From positions 1 through 25,888 of the forward strand of contig JBDLKA010000045.1 in assembly GCA_039714075.1 (NCBI GenBank): 25,888 nt of DNA, given 5' to 3'. The notes beneath the pieces are model-generated. The model saw only the letters and a list, made by a program, of their open reading frames with translations. It was not told where the DNA came from and did no database searches. Positions 7,664-16,563 of this stretch are shown here, piece by piece. Both the position numbers and the translations under genes were made by a program. Position 1 is the first letter of the stretch. The number at the start of each line of letters is the position of its first letter. The stretch is from Candidatus Krumholzibacteriota bacterium (GTDB lineage: Bacteria > Krumholzibacteriota > Krumholzibacteriia > LZORAL124-64-63).

Positions 7664-9082
7664 CTACTCGGAATCGGCGCCGGTGGCAACGTCATGGAAC
7701 CTGTGCCTCAGCTTGTTGACGATGAAGCGGGACTTGCCGGACTTCTGCACATCGATTTTATCGGTCTTTATGACTTCCACATCCATCTCACCGAAGAACA
7801 CCTCTACCATGGATTTCTTCAACACGTCACGGTATTTCAGGAAACTCTCCTGGTCGGTGTTGAGGTAGACCTTGACCGTTCGTTCGTCTTCCTGAACGAC
7901 CTGGCCCTTGTTGATGTCCTTGATCTCCTGGTGGATGAAGGCCCAGACCACGGCACTGGGAGAGATCTTCCGGCCCGATGGTGTGACGATGTAGTCCTCG
8001 TGCTTGGTGATCACCGGGGAGATGATGGGCAATGTCCGGCCGCAGCCGCACTCCAGGGCCGGTTGCATCTCTATTTCGTCCCCCACCTGGTAACGGATCA
8101 GCGGCATGAGCCTGTTGGTCAGCGTCGTGATGGCTGCCGGTTGCACGGCTTCCCGGATGCCGAACTGGCCTTCAACGTATCCGTCCACCAGCGACAGGTG
8201 GTAATTGCCCTCGCTGCACTGGGCCGCCGACACCACCTTTTCGCCGGACCCGTAAAGTCCCCGGATCTCGGCCTGCAGCACTTCGCTGATCACGATTTCC
8301 TGATGGGCATGCATCGGCTCGCTGGAGAACAACACGTTCTTGAGATCCCAGTCCCTGCGGAACCCGGTCTGCTTCAGATAGTTGCACAGAATCTCCAGCG
8401 ACGAGGGATAACCCATGATGTACGCGGGTTTCCGACGGTTCAGGAATTCTCCGATCCGGGCGGCGGTTTTTTCCGTCAGGTGGAAGGTTGAAAAGTAGAT
8501 CCGCCGGTCGAACCGCGAAACCATCCAGGGTTCGGCCGGATCCTTCACCTTCAGGGGAATGACCGGGTCGCCCACGAGACGGGCGATCCAATCCCCTTTT
8601 TCGTACCCGGCCCACCTGGTCCGGCGCCACCACAGGGCGTCGCCCAGCAGGAACGAGTATTTGTCCATGTGGATGGTGAACGGAATGCCCGTCGTGCCCG
8701 AGGTCTTCGAGACGACGCCGCGTTCCGGATCTCCCCCCAGAAAAGCCCCGGGGTCCTCGTTGATCATGGCCTTGTTGGTGATCGGCAATTCATCGAGGAT
8801 ATCGAAGATATTACCCTCGTCGAGATCGGCCATCAGACCTGAATACTGCTGGTAGAAAGGCACATGCGTAAACGCGTGGGCGAGGATTTCCTTCAATTTC
8901 GTTTCGACGTAGGTGATCTGGCCCGGCCGGTCCAGCCTTTCGGTGAATTCAATGTCCCGGATCAGCCCATCCCATTTGTTGAATCTGGGTAAGTTCCTGA
9001 TTCCAAAGGCATTTACGTATAGACTCTGCAGGAAGCGAGGAGAATTGTTGTAGAGGTTTGTCAAGCCGTTCATGCACGTCAC
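7664..9082 (-). CDS. Phenylacetate-CoA ligase-like / CapK-family adenylate-forming enzyme (alternative start ATG at 9073)
   Basis: HVPFY, LPITNK, KTSGTTG P-loop, GYPS, YGSGE, MPLIRYQVGD and C-terminal SGKSRFI. Confidence 0.88.
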   Translation of the reverse strand: MTCMNGLTNLYNNSPRFLQSLYVNAFGIRNLPRFNKWDGLIRDIEFTERLDRPGQITYVETKLKEILAHAFTHVPFYQQYSGLMADLDEGNIFDILDELPITNKAMINEDPGAFLGGDPERGVVSKTSGTTGIPFTIHMDKYSFLLGDALWWRRTRWAGYEKGDWIARLVGDPVIPLKVKDPAEPWMVSRFDRRIYFSTFHLTEKTAARIGEFLNRRKPAYIMGYPSSLEILCNYLKQTGFRRDWDLKNVLFSSEPMHAHQEIVISEVLQAEIRGLYGSGEKVVSAAQCSEGNYHLSLVDGYVEGQFGIREAVQPAAITTLTNRLMPLIRYQVGDEIEMQPALECGCGRTLPIISPVITKHEDYIVTPSGRKISPSAVVWAFIHQEIKDINKGQVVQEDERTVKVYLNTDQESFLKYRDVLKKSMVEVFFGEMDVEVIKTDKIDVQKSGKSRFIVNKLRHRFHDVATGADSE

Positions 9083-9143
9083 CAGTTTCGGGAATCCGGA
9101 TCTCCAGAGGGCCGTTCCGGCTTCCTCTCCTTACTTTGAGGGA

Positions 9144-9152
9144 ATTTTAACA
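9144..9152 (-). promoter_or_regulatory. Extended -10 promoter element for the CapK-like/GT4/CapA unit
   Basis: Minus strand reads TGtTAAAAT, 60-70 bp upstream of the start. Confidence 0.55.
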
Positions 9153-9184
9153 GACCTGCCATTATCGGTCGATTCCATAATAAG

Positions 9185-9214
9185 TTGACAACACACCCCC
9201 TCAAAAAATAAGTT
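9185..9214 (+). promoter_or_regulatory. Sigma70 promoter for wecB
   Basis: Perfect TTGACA, 18-bp spacer, then TAAGTT (TAnnnT), 36 bp upstream of the GTG. An AAGGA RBS follows. Confidence 0.55.
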
Positions 9215-9250
9215 TCCTGCGCAATCGTCCCCAACCCCGGAAGGACTCCC

Positions 9251-10351
9251 GTGCCCAGAAAGATCTTCCTCATCGCCGCCGCCCGGCCGAATTTCATGAA
9301 AGTGGCTCCCCTGTGGCGGGCCATGGCCGCGCGGCCGGAAACACTGAAGCCCGTTCTCATCCACACCGGACAGCACTACGACAAGAACATGTCCGATGTG
9401 TTTTTCGAGGACCTGGGACTGCCCGCTCCGGACGTCCACCTGGGCGTCGGCGGCGGTTCCCACGCCGAGCAGACCGCCGGGGTCATGGTCAAGTTCGAAC
9501 AGTTGTGCCTGGCGGAAAAGCCCGACCTGGTCATGGTCGTCGGGGACGTCAACGCCACCATGGCCACCAGTGTCACCGCAGCCAAACTGCACATTCCCGT
9601 AGCCCACGTCGAGGCCGGCCTGCGTAGCCGCGACATGACCATGCCCGAGGAGATCAACCGGCTGATGACAGACGCCATCGCCGACCTCCTGTTCACTCCT
9701 TCGCCCGACGCCGACGATAATCTCCGCAACGAAGGTGTTGCAGAAGAAAGAATCAAACTGGTCGGCAACATCATGATCGACACTCTGGTGCGGTCGGTGG
9801 CCAAGGCCCGTGATCTGAAAGCCTACGAAAAACTGGGCCTGGAACAGGGCAAATACGGTGTCGTCACCCTGCACCGCCCGGCCAACGTGGACGATCCCGG
9901 GAATCTGGCCCGGATCTTCGATATTCTGACCGCCGTGGACCTGCCCCTGGTCTTTCCGGTCCACCCCCGGACCCGCGCGGTCATGGTGGAAAACGATCTG
10001 GGCGCGCGTTGCGGTCTGGTGGACTCGCGCCTGATCCTGGCCGATCCCCTGGGTTACTACGAATTCATGAACCTGGTGATCCACTCGCGGATGATGCTCA
10101 CCGATTCGGGCGGCCTGCAGGAGGAAACCACCTTCCTGGACATCCCTTGCCTGACCCTGCGGCCCAACACCGAGCGGCCCATCACCATCACGCAGGGCAC
10201 CAACGAACTGGCCACCATCGAATCGATGCCCGGTCAGATCGCCGCGATTCTGGAAGGAAAATGGAAAAAGGGCCGCACTCCCGAACTTTGGGACGGCGCC
10301 ACGGCGCCGCGCATCGTCGATGAAGTGGAGAAGTTCCTGGCGGACAGGTAA
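9251..10351 (+). CDS. wecB: UDP-N-acetylglucosamine 2-epimerase, non-hydrolysing
   Basis: ARPNFMK, HTGQHYD, VGDVN, HVEAGLRS, MPEEINR, TLHRPANVD, TDSGGLQEE, RPNTERP and WDG motifs. Confidence 0.93.
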   Translation: MPRKIFLIAAARPNFMKVAPLWRAMAARPETLKPVLIHTGQHYDKNMSDVFFEDLGLPAPDVHLGVGGGSHAEQTAGVMVKFEQLCLAEKPDLVMVVGDVNATMATSVTAAKLHIPVAHVEAGLRSRDMTMPEEINRLMTDAIADLLFTPSPDADDNLRNEGVAEERIKLVGNIMIDTLVRSVAKARDLKAYEKLGLEQGKYGVVTLHRPANVDDPGNLARIFDILTAVDLPLVFPVHPRTRAVMVENDLGARCGLVDSRLILADPLGYYEFMNLVIHSRMMLTDSGGLQEETTFLDIPCLTLRPNTERPITITQGTNELATIESMPGQIAAILEGKWKKGRTPELWDGATAPRIVDEVEKFLADR

Positions 10352-10360
10352 TCCTGTTCG

Positions 10361-11386
10361 CTAGGTCCTGGCGGCAGCCTCGACCGCATTGCAGATGAAT
10401 TGCACGAGGGGACCGGGATCCGGCTGGATCGCGGTCCCTTTTTTGGTTTCCACCGCCAGGCGGTCCGCCACCTGGTCCGCGTCCCCCACCAGGGTCAACT
10501 TGCCCGCGGCGGCCAGGGCTTCGTCGACCATGCCGCTTTTTCCCCGGAAGAAACTGTAGGACGGGACCCCCATGATGGCCGCTTCCCGGGTCATGGTGCC
10601 CCCGCCGCTGATCACCATGTCCATGGTCGCGACCAGGCTGGGACCATCGTAAACCTTTTGCGGCACAATGATTTCCGAAACGCCCGCCTTCTTCGGCAAT
10701 GCCAGCTGATCCGGGGTGCGGGGCAGGAAGACCAGTTGAACGTCGTCCACCGACGCCAGTTTTTCCAGGATGGCGTCCAGGATGATTTCCGCTTCGGGGT
10801 TGTGGTAGTGGGCCGTGGTGGCCGGGGGCCGCAGGAGCACCTTTACCGCGTCCTGGCGCAATCCCAGGTCGGCCGCGATGGTGGTGTCTAAATCACGACC
10901 ACCAAGATAGAGCTCTTCCTTGAATCCGGGGTAGCTGACCACCTTGTCCGACGAGATGCCGGCGGCGGAACACCGGTCCGGGGTGATGGCTTCGGGCATC
11001 AGGATGCTTCGGCAAAACCAGTTGAACAGCCGGGGGTCGACCCACTCGTAGTCGTACATCGTTACCGTGGGCACACCCATGATCCTGGCGGCGATGGGCA
11101 GGGCCCGCGAGCCGTGGCCGAAACTGACGGCCGGACCAACCCCGCGCATGGCCCGGGTCAGGGCCCAGGCCCGACCCAGTGTGCCGCGCACCTTGCCGGA
11201 CATCCCTTTCCCGTATTCCGCCCCCACCTTGCGGTATGAAAATCCGTAGAGATCCAGCAGTTCACAGGTGCTGGTCCGGTCCCGGGCGGTGAAAACCACT
11301 TCATGGCCCCGCCTGGTTAGTTCACCAAGCAAGGGGCGCATGATCAACACATGCGGGCCGTTGTCCGCGTCGAACCAGATCTTCAA
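10361..11386 (-). CDS. DUF354 domain protein (predicted GT-B-like fold)
   Basis: MKIWFDADNGPHV, FTARD, YPGFKEELYL, LLRP...AHYH and SGGGTMTREAAIMGVP. TTG start preceded by a GGGAGG RBS. Confidence 0.85.
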   Translation of the reverse strand: MKIWFDADNGPHVLIMRPLLGELTRRGHEVVFTARDRTSTCELLDLYGFSYRKVGAEYGKGMSGKVRGTLGRAWALTRAMRGVGPAVSFGHGSRALPIAARIMGVPTVTMYDYEWVDPRLFNWFCRSILMPEAITPDRCSAAGISSDKVVSYPGFKEELYLGGRDLDTTIAADLGLRQDAVKVLLRPPATTAHYHNPEAEIILDAILEKLASVDDVQLVFLPRTPDQLALPKKAGVSEIIVPQKVYDGPSLVATMDMVISGGGTMTREAAIMGVPSYSFFRGKSGMVDEALAAAGKLTLVGDADQVADRLAVETKKGTAIQPDPGPLVQFICNAVEAAART

Positions 11387-11498
11387 GCGATGCCTCCCGG
11401 CGGGTTGTCCGATCTCTTTCCATTGACCATAAGTTTATTAATCAGAACAGATTCCTCGGCGGCCAGGAAAAATCAATCTGGAATCCCGGACCGGATCA

Positions 11499-11507
11499 TG
11501 GTATAAT
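11499..11507 (+). promoter_or_regulatory. Consensus extended -10 promoter for the methyltransferase-MBOAT-SGNH unit
   Basis: TGgTATAAT in an AT-rich divergent spacer. Confidence 0.65.
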
Positions 11508-11638
11508 TGCAACCAAGTTAGACCGTCACATCGTCACGATCAAGCCCCCTTTCGTATCCCGAATTGTTGCCGTAAGCCGTGGTGAATCAGTATGCCGTCA
11601 TTTCTCGGCTACAGGCTCCATGGGTCAATCCGGACGGG

Positions 11639-12526
11639 ATGGACGTCACCAGAATGAACTTCTTCAATAAAGTCTCCGGCGCCATCGCCTTTCGCGCCTT
11701 CAGCTTCAAAAAGAAACTGCTGAGGCGGCTCATTGTCGGTCCGGAAAACAGGGATCTTCAGGCTCTCCCGGCCGAGCCCTTCAATCGAACCCAGGAACTG
11801 TTTATCCGGTGGAACGCCGAGCGTCTGGGGATCACGGAAGAGCAGAGCCGGCGGCGCTACCTCCATTCCTGGAATGTCGTTTCGGGCGGCCACCGCGGGG
11901 CCGGTTTCGAAATCTTCATGTTCCTGAACCAGGAAATTTTCAGCGTTTTCTTCGGCAACAGCGATGACGAGCTGTTCGAAACCTACAATTTCCACGGGTA
12001 CCGCGATCTTTTGCGCCAGATGATCTTCCCCGAACCGGAATTCGGCCCGGATCATCCCATCGTCAAGGGCCTCGATGGTCTCCAGGAAGTCAGCATCCTC
12101 GACTTCGGTTGCGGCATGGCCCAGCGGTCCCGTTATCTTGCCGAATACCTTCAGGGGCAGGGCAAGAAGGTGCGGATCCATCTGGCGGACATCCCCTCCA
12201 TCGCGGAGCCGTTTTTGGTCTGGATGGGAGAAAATACCGATCTGGACCTGGAATTCCTGCCCTGCACGAAGGAAAATCCGCTCCCCGAAATCCCCGAATG
12301 CAACGTGCTTGTCGCCACCGAGTTTTTCGAGCATGTCAGCAACCCCATCGAGTATTTCCATCGCTTCGATGAAAAATTGCAGCCCGGGGGATTCCTGTGG
12401 ACCGACGTGGCCGACCATGAAGAGGGCTTTCTCCATGTCAGTCCCAATCTGAAGAAATTGAGGGCGGAGTTGAAAGATCGTGGATACAGGGATATCGAGC
12501 CCCATGTTATCCTGCAGAAGGACTAG
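11639..12526 (+). CDS. Class I SAM-dependent methyltransferase (start uncertain: 11579, 11639 or 11654)
   Basis: Motif I ILDFGCG, acidic HLADI, TEFFEHVSNP and KLQPGGFL. It has a long N-terminal extension. Confidence 0.82.
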   Translation: MDVTRMNFFNKVSGAIAFRAFSFKKKLLRRLIVGPENRDLQALPAEPFNRTQELFIRWNAERLGITEEQSRRRYLHSWNVVSGGHRGAGFEIFMFLNQEIFSVFFGNSDDELFETYNFHGYRDLLRQMIFPEPEFGPDHPIVKGLDGLQEVSILDFGCGMAQRSRYLAEYLQGQGKKVRIHLADIPSIAEPFLVWMGENTDLDLEFLPCTKENPLPEIPECNVLVATEFFEHVSNPIEYFHRFDEKLQPGGFLWTDVADHEEGFLHVSPNLKKLRAELKDRGYRDIEPHVILQKD

Positions 12527-12578
12527 TTGACGGTAATTAACCCTTACTCGGAAGTTGCCCTGCGGAGGCCCCTCGCGG

Positions 12579-14066
12579 ATGTTTTTCAACTCGCTTCATT
12601 ACGTCCTCTTCCTGCCTTTGGTGGTGGCGTTCTACTTCCTGATCCCCCCGCGCCGCCGCTGGGTCTTCCTTCTGGCCGCCAGCTACTATTTCTATATGTG
12701 CTGGAAGATGGAGTACCTCGTCCTGATTCTGGTCTCCACCGCGGTCGATTACGTCGCCGGACGGAAGATGGGCACCACCGACGACAAGGGGAAACGCCGG
12801 AAATATCTCATACTCAGCCTGTTTTCAAACCTTGGCCTGCTGTTCGCCTTCAAGTACTTCAACTTCTTCAACGAATCGACCCGGGCGGCCTTCGCCTATT
12901 TCGACATCACCTACAACATTCCCTATTTCGACGTCCTGCTGCCCGTGGGTATTTCCTTCTACACCTTCCAGACCCTCAGCTACACCATCGACGTATACCG
13001 GGGACACCGGGAGCCCGAGCGACATCTGGGGATTTTCGCCCTCTACGTGGCCTTCTTCCCCCAACTGGTGGCCGGCCCCATTGAACGGTCGACCAACCTG
13101 CTGCCCCAGTTCCACGAGACCAAGCGGTTCAACTACGACCAGACCGTGGACGGCCTGAAACTGATCCTGTGGGGCATGTTCAAGAAGGTGGTCATCGCCG
13201 ACCGGGTGGCCGTGGTCGCCAACACCGTGTTCAACTCGCCCGGGGACCACAACGGGATCCAGTTCATCATCGGAACGGTCTTTTTCGCCTTCCAGATCTA
13301 CTGCGATTTTTCCGGCTATTCGGACATCGCCATCGGGTCGGCACGCATCCTGGGCGTCAAGCTGATGCTCAACTTCAACCGGCCCTACTTCTCCAAGACC
13401 ATCGCCGAATTCTGGAAGCGATGGCACATCTCGCTGTCCTCCTGGTTCCGCGACTATCTCTACATCTCGCTGGGCGGCAACCGGGTCGGCATCGGGCGCT
13501 GGTACGTGAACCTCTTCATCACGTTCCTGGTCAGCGGTCTGTGGCACGGGGCCAACTGGACCTTCATCATCTGGGGCGGCCTGAACGGCCTGTACCTGGT
13601 CATGGAGATCCTGATCGAGCGGCCCAAACGAAAGGTCATGGGCCTTTTGCGGATGACCGAGTCGAGCTGGTCCTTCAAGTACCTCAGCGTCGGGGCCACG
13701 TTCGCCCTGACCTGCCTGGCATGGATCTTCTTCCGGGCCAACACTTTGAGTGATGCCTTCTACATCGTGGCCCACCTGGGCGACGGCCTCGGGGATTTCT
13801 TCGGGGCCCTGCTGGCCCGGGACATGGCCGTAATCCGGGGCGTGGTCAAGAGCCTCGGACTTTCGCAGAAGGAAATGATCATCGCCGTACTTTCCCTGAT
13901 CCTGCTGGAGTCGGTGCACTTCATGCAGCGCAAGGAGAGCCTGCGTGATTTCCTGTCCACCAAGCCCGTCGTTCTGCGCTGGGCCGTCTACTATTCGCTC
14001 GTCGGCGCCATCCTGTTTTTCGGCGCCTTCAACATGTCCCAGCAGTTCATCTATTTCCAGTTCTAG
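12579..14066 (+). CDS. MBOAT family O-acyltransferase (AlgI/PatA/DltB-like)
   Basis: GGAGG RBS at 12564 then MFFNS. Motifs LPVGISFYTFQ, FFPQLVAGPIER, DFSGYSDIAIG, FWKRWHISLSSW, SGLWHGANW (catalytic His) and terminal FIYFQF. Confidence 0.95.
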   Translation: MFFNSLHYVLFLPLVVAFYFLIPPRRRWVFLLAASYYFYMCWKMEYLVLILVSTAVDYVAGRKMGTTDDKGKRRKYLILSLFSNLGLLFAFKYFNFFNESTRAAFAYFDITYNIPYFDVLLPVGISFYTFQTLSYTIDVYRGHREPERHLGIFALYVAFFPQLVAGPIERSTNLLPQFHETKRFNYDQTVDGLKLILWGMFKKVVIADRVAVVANTVFNSPGDHNGIQFIIGTVFFAFQIYCDFSGYSDIAIGSARILGVKLMLNFNRPYFSKTIAEFWKRWHISLSSWFRDYLYISLGGNRVGIGRWYVNLFITFLVSGLWHGANWTFIIWGGLNGLYLVMEILIERPKRKVMGLLRMTESSWSFKYLSVGATFALTCLAWIFFRANTLSDAFYIVAHLGDGLGDFFGALLARDMAVIRGVVKSLGLSQKEMIIAVLSLILLESVHFMQRKESLRDFLSTKPVVLRWAVYYSLVGAILFFGAFNMSQQFIYFQF

Positions 14067-14075
14067 GAGACAGGA

Positions 14076-15017
14076 ATGCCGGCGGATCTGAAATTGCTGA
14101 TCAGGAAACTGACCCTGTTCTTCCTGCCGTTCGTTCTCTACGGCCTGGTGGTCGCCTTCATCGATCCCTACAACTTTTTCAGCGCGCCCGGCCCCTATTC
14201 GGATGAGGCCAAAAAGAAAATCAGTTACCCCCTGAACTTCGCAATGTGGAAGATGCTGGTATACAGGGACCAACCGGTCCCCAACCTTCTGCTGGGCGAT
14301 TCCCGGATGTTATCCATGAAACCCGAAGCCATCCGGCAAACCACGGGCCTGGATTACTACAACTTCGCCTACGGGGGCGGATCGCTTAATGAAGCCATCA
14401 AGACCTTTTGGTTCGCCAGTGAACAGGTCAAACTGGAGCGGGTTTGTTTCGGTATCAACCTGAACAACTTCAGTTCCTACGACAGCAAGGACCGGGTGAG
14501 CGAGGTCAACGCCCTTCTGGATAATCCATTCCTCTACCTCGTCAATCTCAACGTGTTGAATGCCTCGGTAAAGTTGATCACAACCGGGCTCACCGGAAAA
14601 CCCGCCCAAATAGGGAAACCCAAGGTATCCCGGGAACAATTTTGGGAAACCCAGATCGAGGTGATCACAAGGGAGATGTACACCAATTACCGTTACCCGG
14701 AGGAATTCCGCGGGGAATTGCAGAAAATTTCCGACTATTGCCGGGAAAACGGGGTCGAGCTCGGGTTCCTGGTCTTCCCCAGCCACCGGGAACTCCAGGA
14801 CCAGGTGCCGGCCTTCGGCCTCGAGGCCGAGCAGGAACGCATGCTGGCCGACCTTGCCGATCTGGGTACGGTCTATAATTTCGAACTCGCCAACGAAATC
14901 ACTGCGGACCGGAACAACTACACCGATCCGTTCCATTTCAAGCCCGACATCATGCGGAAGATCGTTGACGGGGTGTGGGGTGGGGACCGGCAATTCGTGG
15001 AGGTTCACGGCCGGTAA
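14076..15017 (+). CDS. Membrane-anchored SGNH-like acyltransferase partner (AlgJ/DltD/PatB-like)
   Basis: N-terminal TM segment ending in DPYNFF, LLLGDSR (Ser nucleophile), NFAYGGG, FPSH and YTDPFH (DxxH). It lies directly downstream of the MBOAT. Confidence 0.78.
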   Translation: MPADLKLLIRKLTLFFLPFVLYGLVVAFIDPYNFFSAPGPYSDEAKKKISYPLNFAMWKMLVYRDQPVPNLLLGDSRMLSMKPEAIRQTTGLDYYNFAYGGGSLNEAIKTFWFASEQVKLERVCFGINLNNFSSYDSKDRVSEVNALLDNPFLYLVNLNVLNASVKLITTGLTGKPAQIGKPKVSREQFWETQIEVITREMYTNYRYPEEFRGELQKISDYCRENGVELGFLVFPSHRELQDQVPAFGLEAEQERMLADLADLGTVYNFELANEITADRNNYTDPFHFKPDIMRKIVDGVWGGDRQFVEVHGR

Positions 15018-15018
15018 A

Positions 15019-16278
15019 TTATCCCATCGGTTTACTGTCGCTGGCTTCCGGTTCCATTTTGGAAAGTTTTTCAACGTGCTCTAGTATCTCATCGGCATAA
15101 TGATCGCCGGTCAGGTTCTCGGCCGTTTGGCGCGCATTCCTTCCCATATCACAGATCATATGGCGGTTGTTTGCAAACCAGATCAAGGCCTGCGTCAGCT
15201 TTTCGGTATCATTGTATTCATAGGTAAACCCGTTTTCCCCCTCCGTCACCAGGGAAGACAATCCGCAGTTCCGGGAGGAAATGACAGGCATACCTGCCGC
15301 CATTGCCTCGACAATCGTGCCCGGTCCATTATCGGAAATCGAGGGCGAGACGAATACATCACCGTAGGAATAGGCTTCCACAAGGTTGGGCATGAACCCT
15401 CGGTATTCAAAACCGGCAAGATCGGAATAATCCTGCTCCAGGAGATCCAGAATGTTCTTGTCCGCGCTTCCGACAAGAACCAGCCGGCAACTGGTCATGC
15501 TCCTTTCCTGAAAAGACCTCCACGCATCCAGGAGGTAGGGTATGCCCTTGATGAGATTGATATGGGAAACATGAAGAAAAGTGATTTCATCTGTTTCCTC
15601 CCTGGGGGTCCGATTGCCCGCCAACCCGGTAAATTCATCAACACTGATACTGAAAATGTTTTCCAGGGGAAGGACCTTGTCGGGGCCCAGCATCTTCGTA
15701 TAGGTATCAAAGGTATAGCGCCCGATGGCCGGACCGAGGGAAATGACCTTGTCGGCGCTCGCCAAGGTTTTGGTCAGCCTTTCGGCCCGGGAGACATTGG
15801 TGTAGGCACCATGCTTCTTCAGACCCAGGCGCATTTCCTCATTCCGGACCAGCGCGTAATTGGTCATCGGGTGGGGAATGGACGATTGGATCCAAACATC
15901 CATTCCCGCCGACTTGGCCTTTTTCGAGGCATTAAGGAAGAGGGGCCGGGAAAAAAACGCCATATCCCCCCGCGTATTATCCAGGCATCCGCAGATGAAC
16001 TTGTCAAAAAGGACTTCCCGCATGAGTCGGGAATCGAAAACAGGGAAGAACTGGGAAATCTTGGCCAGAACCCAATTCAGGAATTTATATATCCCGCCGT
16101 CGGACAGGGCGGTGATCTTTTCCTCGGGAATATCCAGACCCCCATCCGCGGCCAAACAAATGACACCCTCCAGATGTCCGGCCTCATGCAGGCGTTTGGC
16201 CAGGGAGTAGCTGACGTACCCGAACCCCGTCTTCTGGTTTTTTGAAATTTTCTCGAAAAAAACAAGAACGACCCGCAT
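15019..16278 (-). CDS. Glycosyltransferase family 4
   Basis: FLHVSHINLIKGIPYLLDAW, DVFVSPSISDNGPGTIVEAMAAGMPVI and EGENGF. Confidence 0.9.
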   Translation of the reverse strand: MRVVLVFFEKISKNQKTGFGYVSYSLAKRLHEAGHLEGVICLAADGGLDIPEEKITALSDGGIYKFLNWVLAKISQFFPVFDSRLMREVLFDKFICGCLDNTRGDMAFFSRPLFLNASKKAKSAGMDVWIQSSIPHPMTNYALVRNEEMRLGLKKHGAYTNVSRAERLTKTLASADKVISLGPAIGRYTFDTYTKMLGPDKVLPLENIFSISVDEFTGLAGNRTPREETDEITFLHVSHINLIKGIPYLLDAWRSFQERSMTSCRLVLVGSADKNILDLLEQDYSDLAGFEYRGFMPNLVEAYSYGDVFVSPSISDNGPGTIVEAMAAGMPVISSRNCGLSSLVTEGENGFTYEYNDTEKLTQALIWFANNRHMICDMGRNARQTAENLTGDHYADEILEHVEKLSKMEPEASDSKPMG

Positions 16279-16395
16279 GCCTGCCTCTTTGGTTTACACC
16301 CGGTGGACACCGGATTGAGGGCCCAATGATAGATTATCGGACTAGATTCGCCAACCTGATGCTGAACTTCAATTCCCCTTATCAAGGCAATTCTA

Positions 16396-16424
16396 AAGAC
16401 AAAACCCGGTTTTCCGATTATAAT
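16396..16424 (+). promoter_or_regulatory. Sigma70 promoter whose palindromic -10 (ATTATAAT) reads TATAAT on both strands
   Basis: AAGACA-17 bp-TATAAT on the plus strand (16396-16424). TATAAT also reads on the minus strand at 16417-16422. Confidence 0.55.
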
Positions 16425-16563
16425 TGGGGTTCTCAACCCTCAGATCCAACCATGGTAACCATTCCATTGGGACACCGGAGACCATCAAGTTCCCGTTGCG
16501 GGGGTTGGCTCGTCCTCCGAATCGATCGGATGTCCGAATTTCAAGTCAGGAAAGGTGACAAAG

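Noticed and set aside
6593..8491. 632-aa plus-strand ORF, and similar long antisense ORFs (876-2150, 9131-10084, 11609-12589, 12825-14273, 15100-16245, 18902-20101, 21894-22868, 23268-24290)
   Set aside because: They are shadow frames opposite genes with clear family motifs, which is expected in GC-rich coding DNA. They show no recognisable motifs.
9251..10351. LegG/NeuC hydrolysing epimerase completing the legionaminic acid pathway
   Set aside because: The ARPNFMK, HTGQHYD and TDSGGLQEE motifs are those of the non-hydrolysing WecB type.
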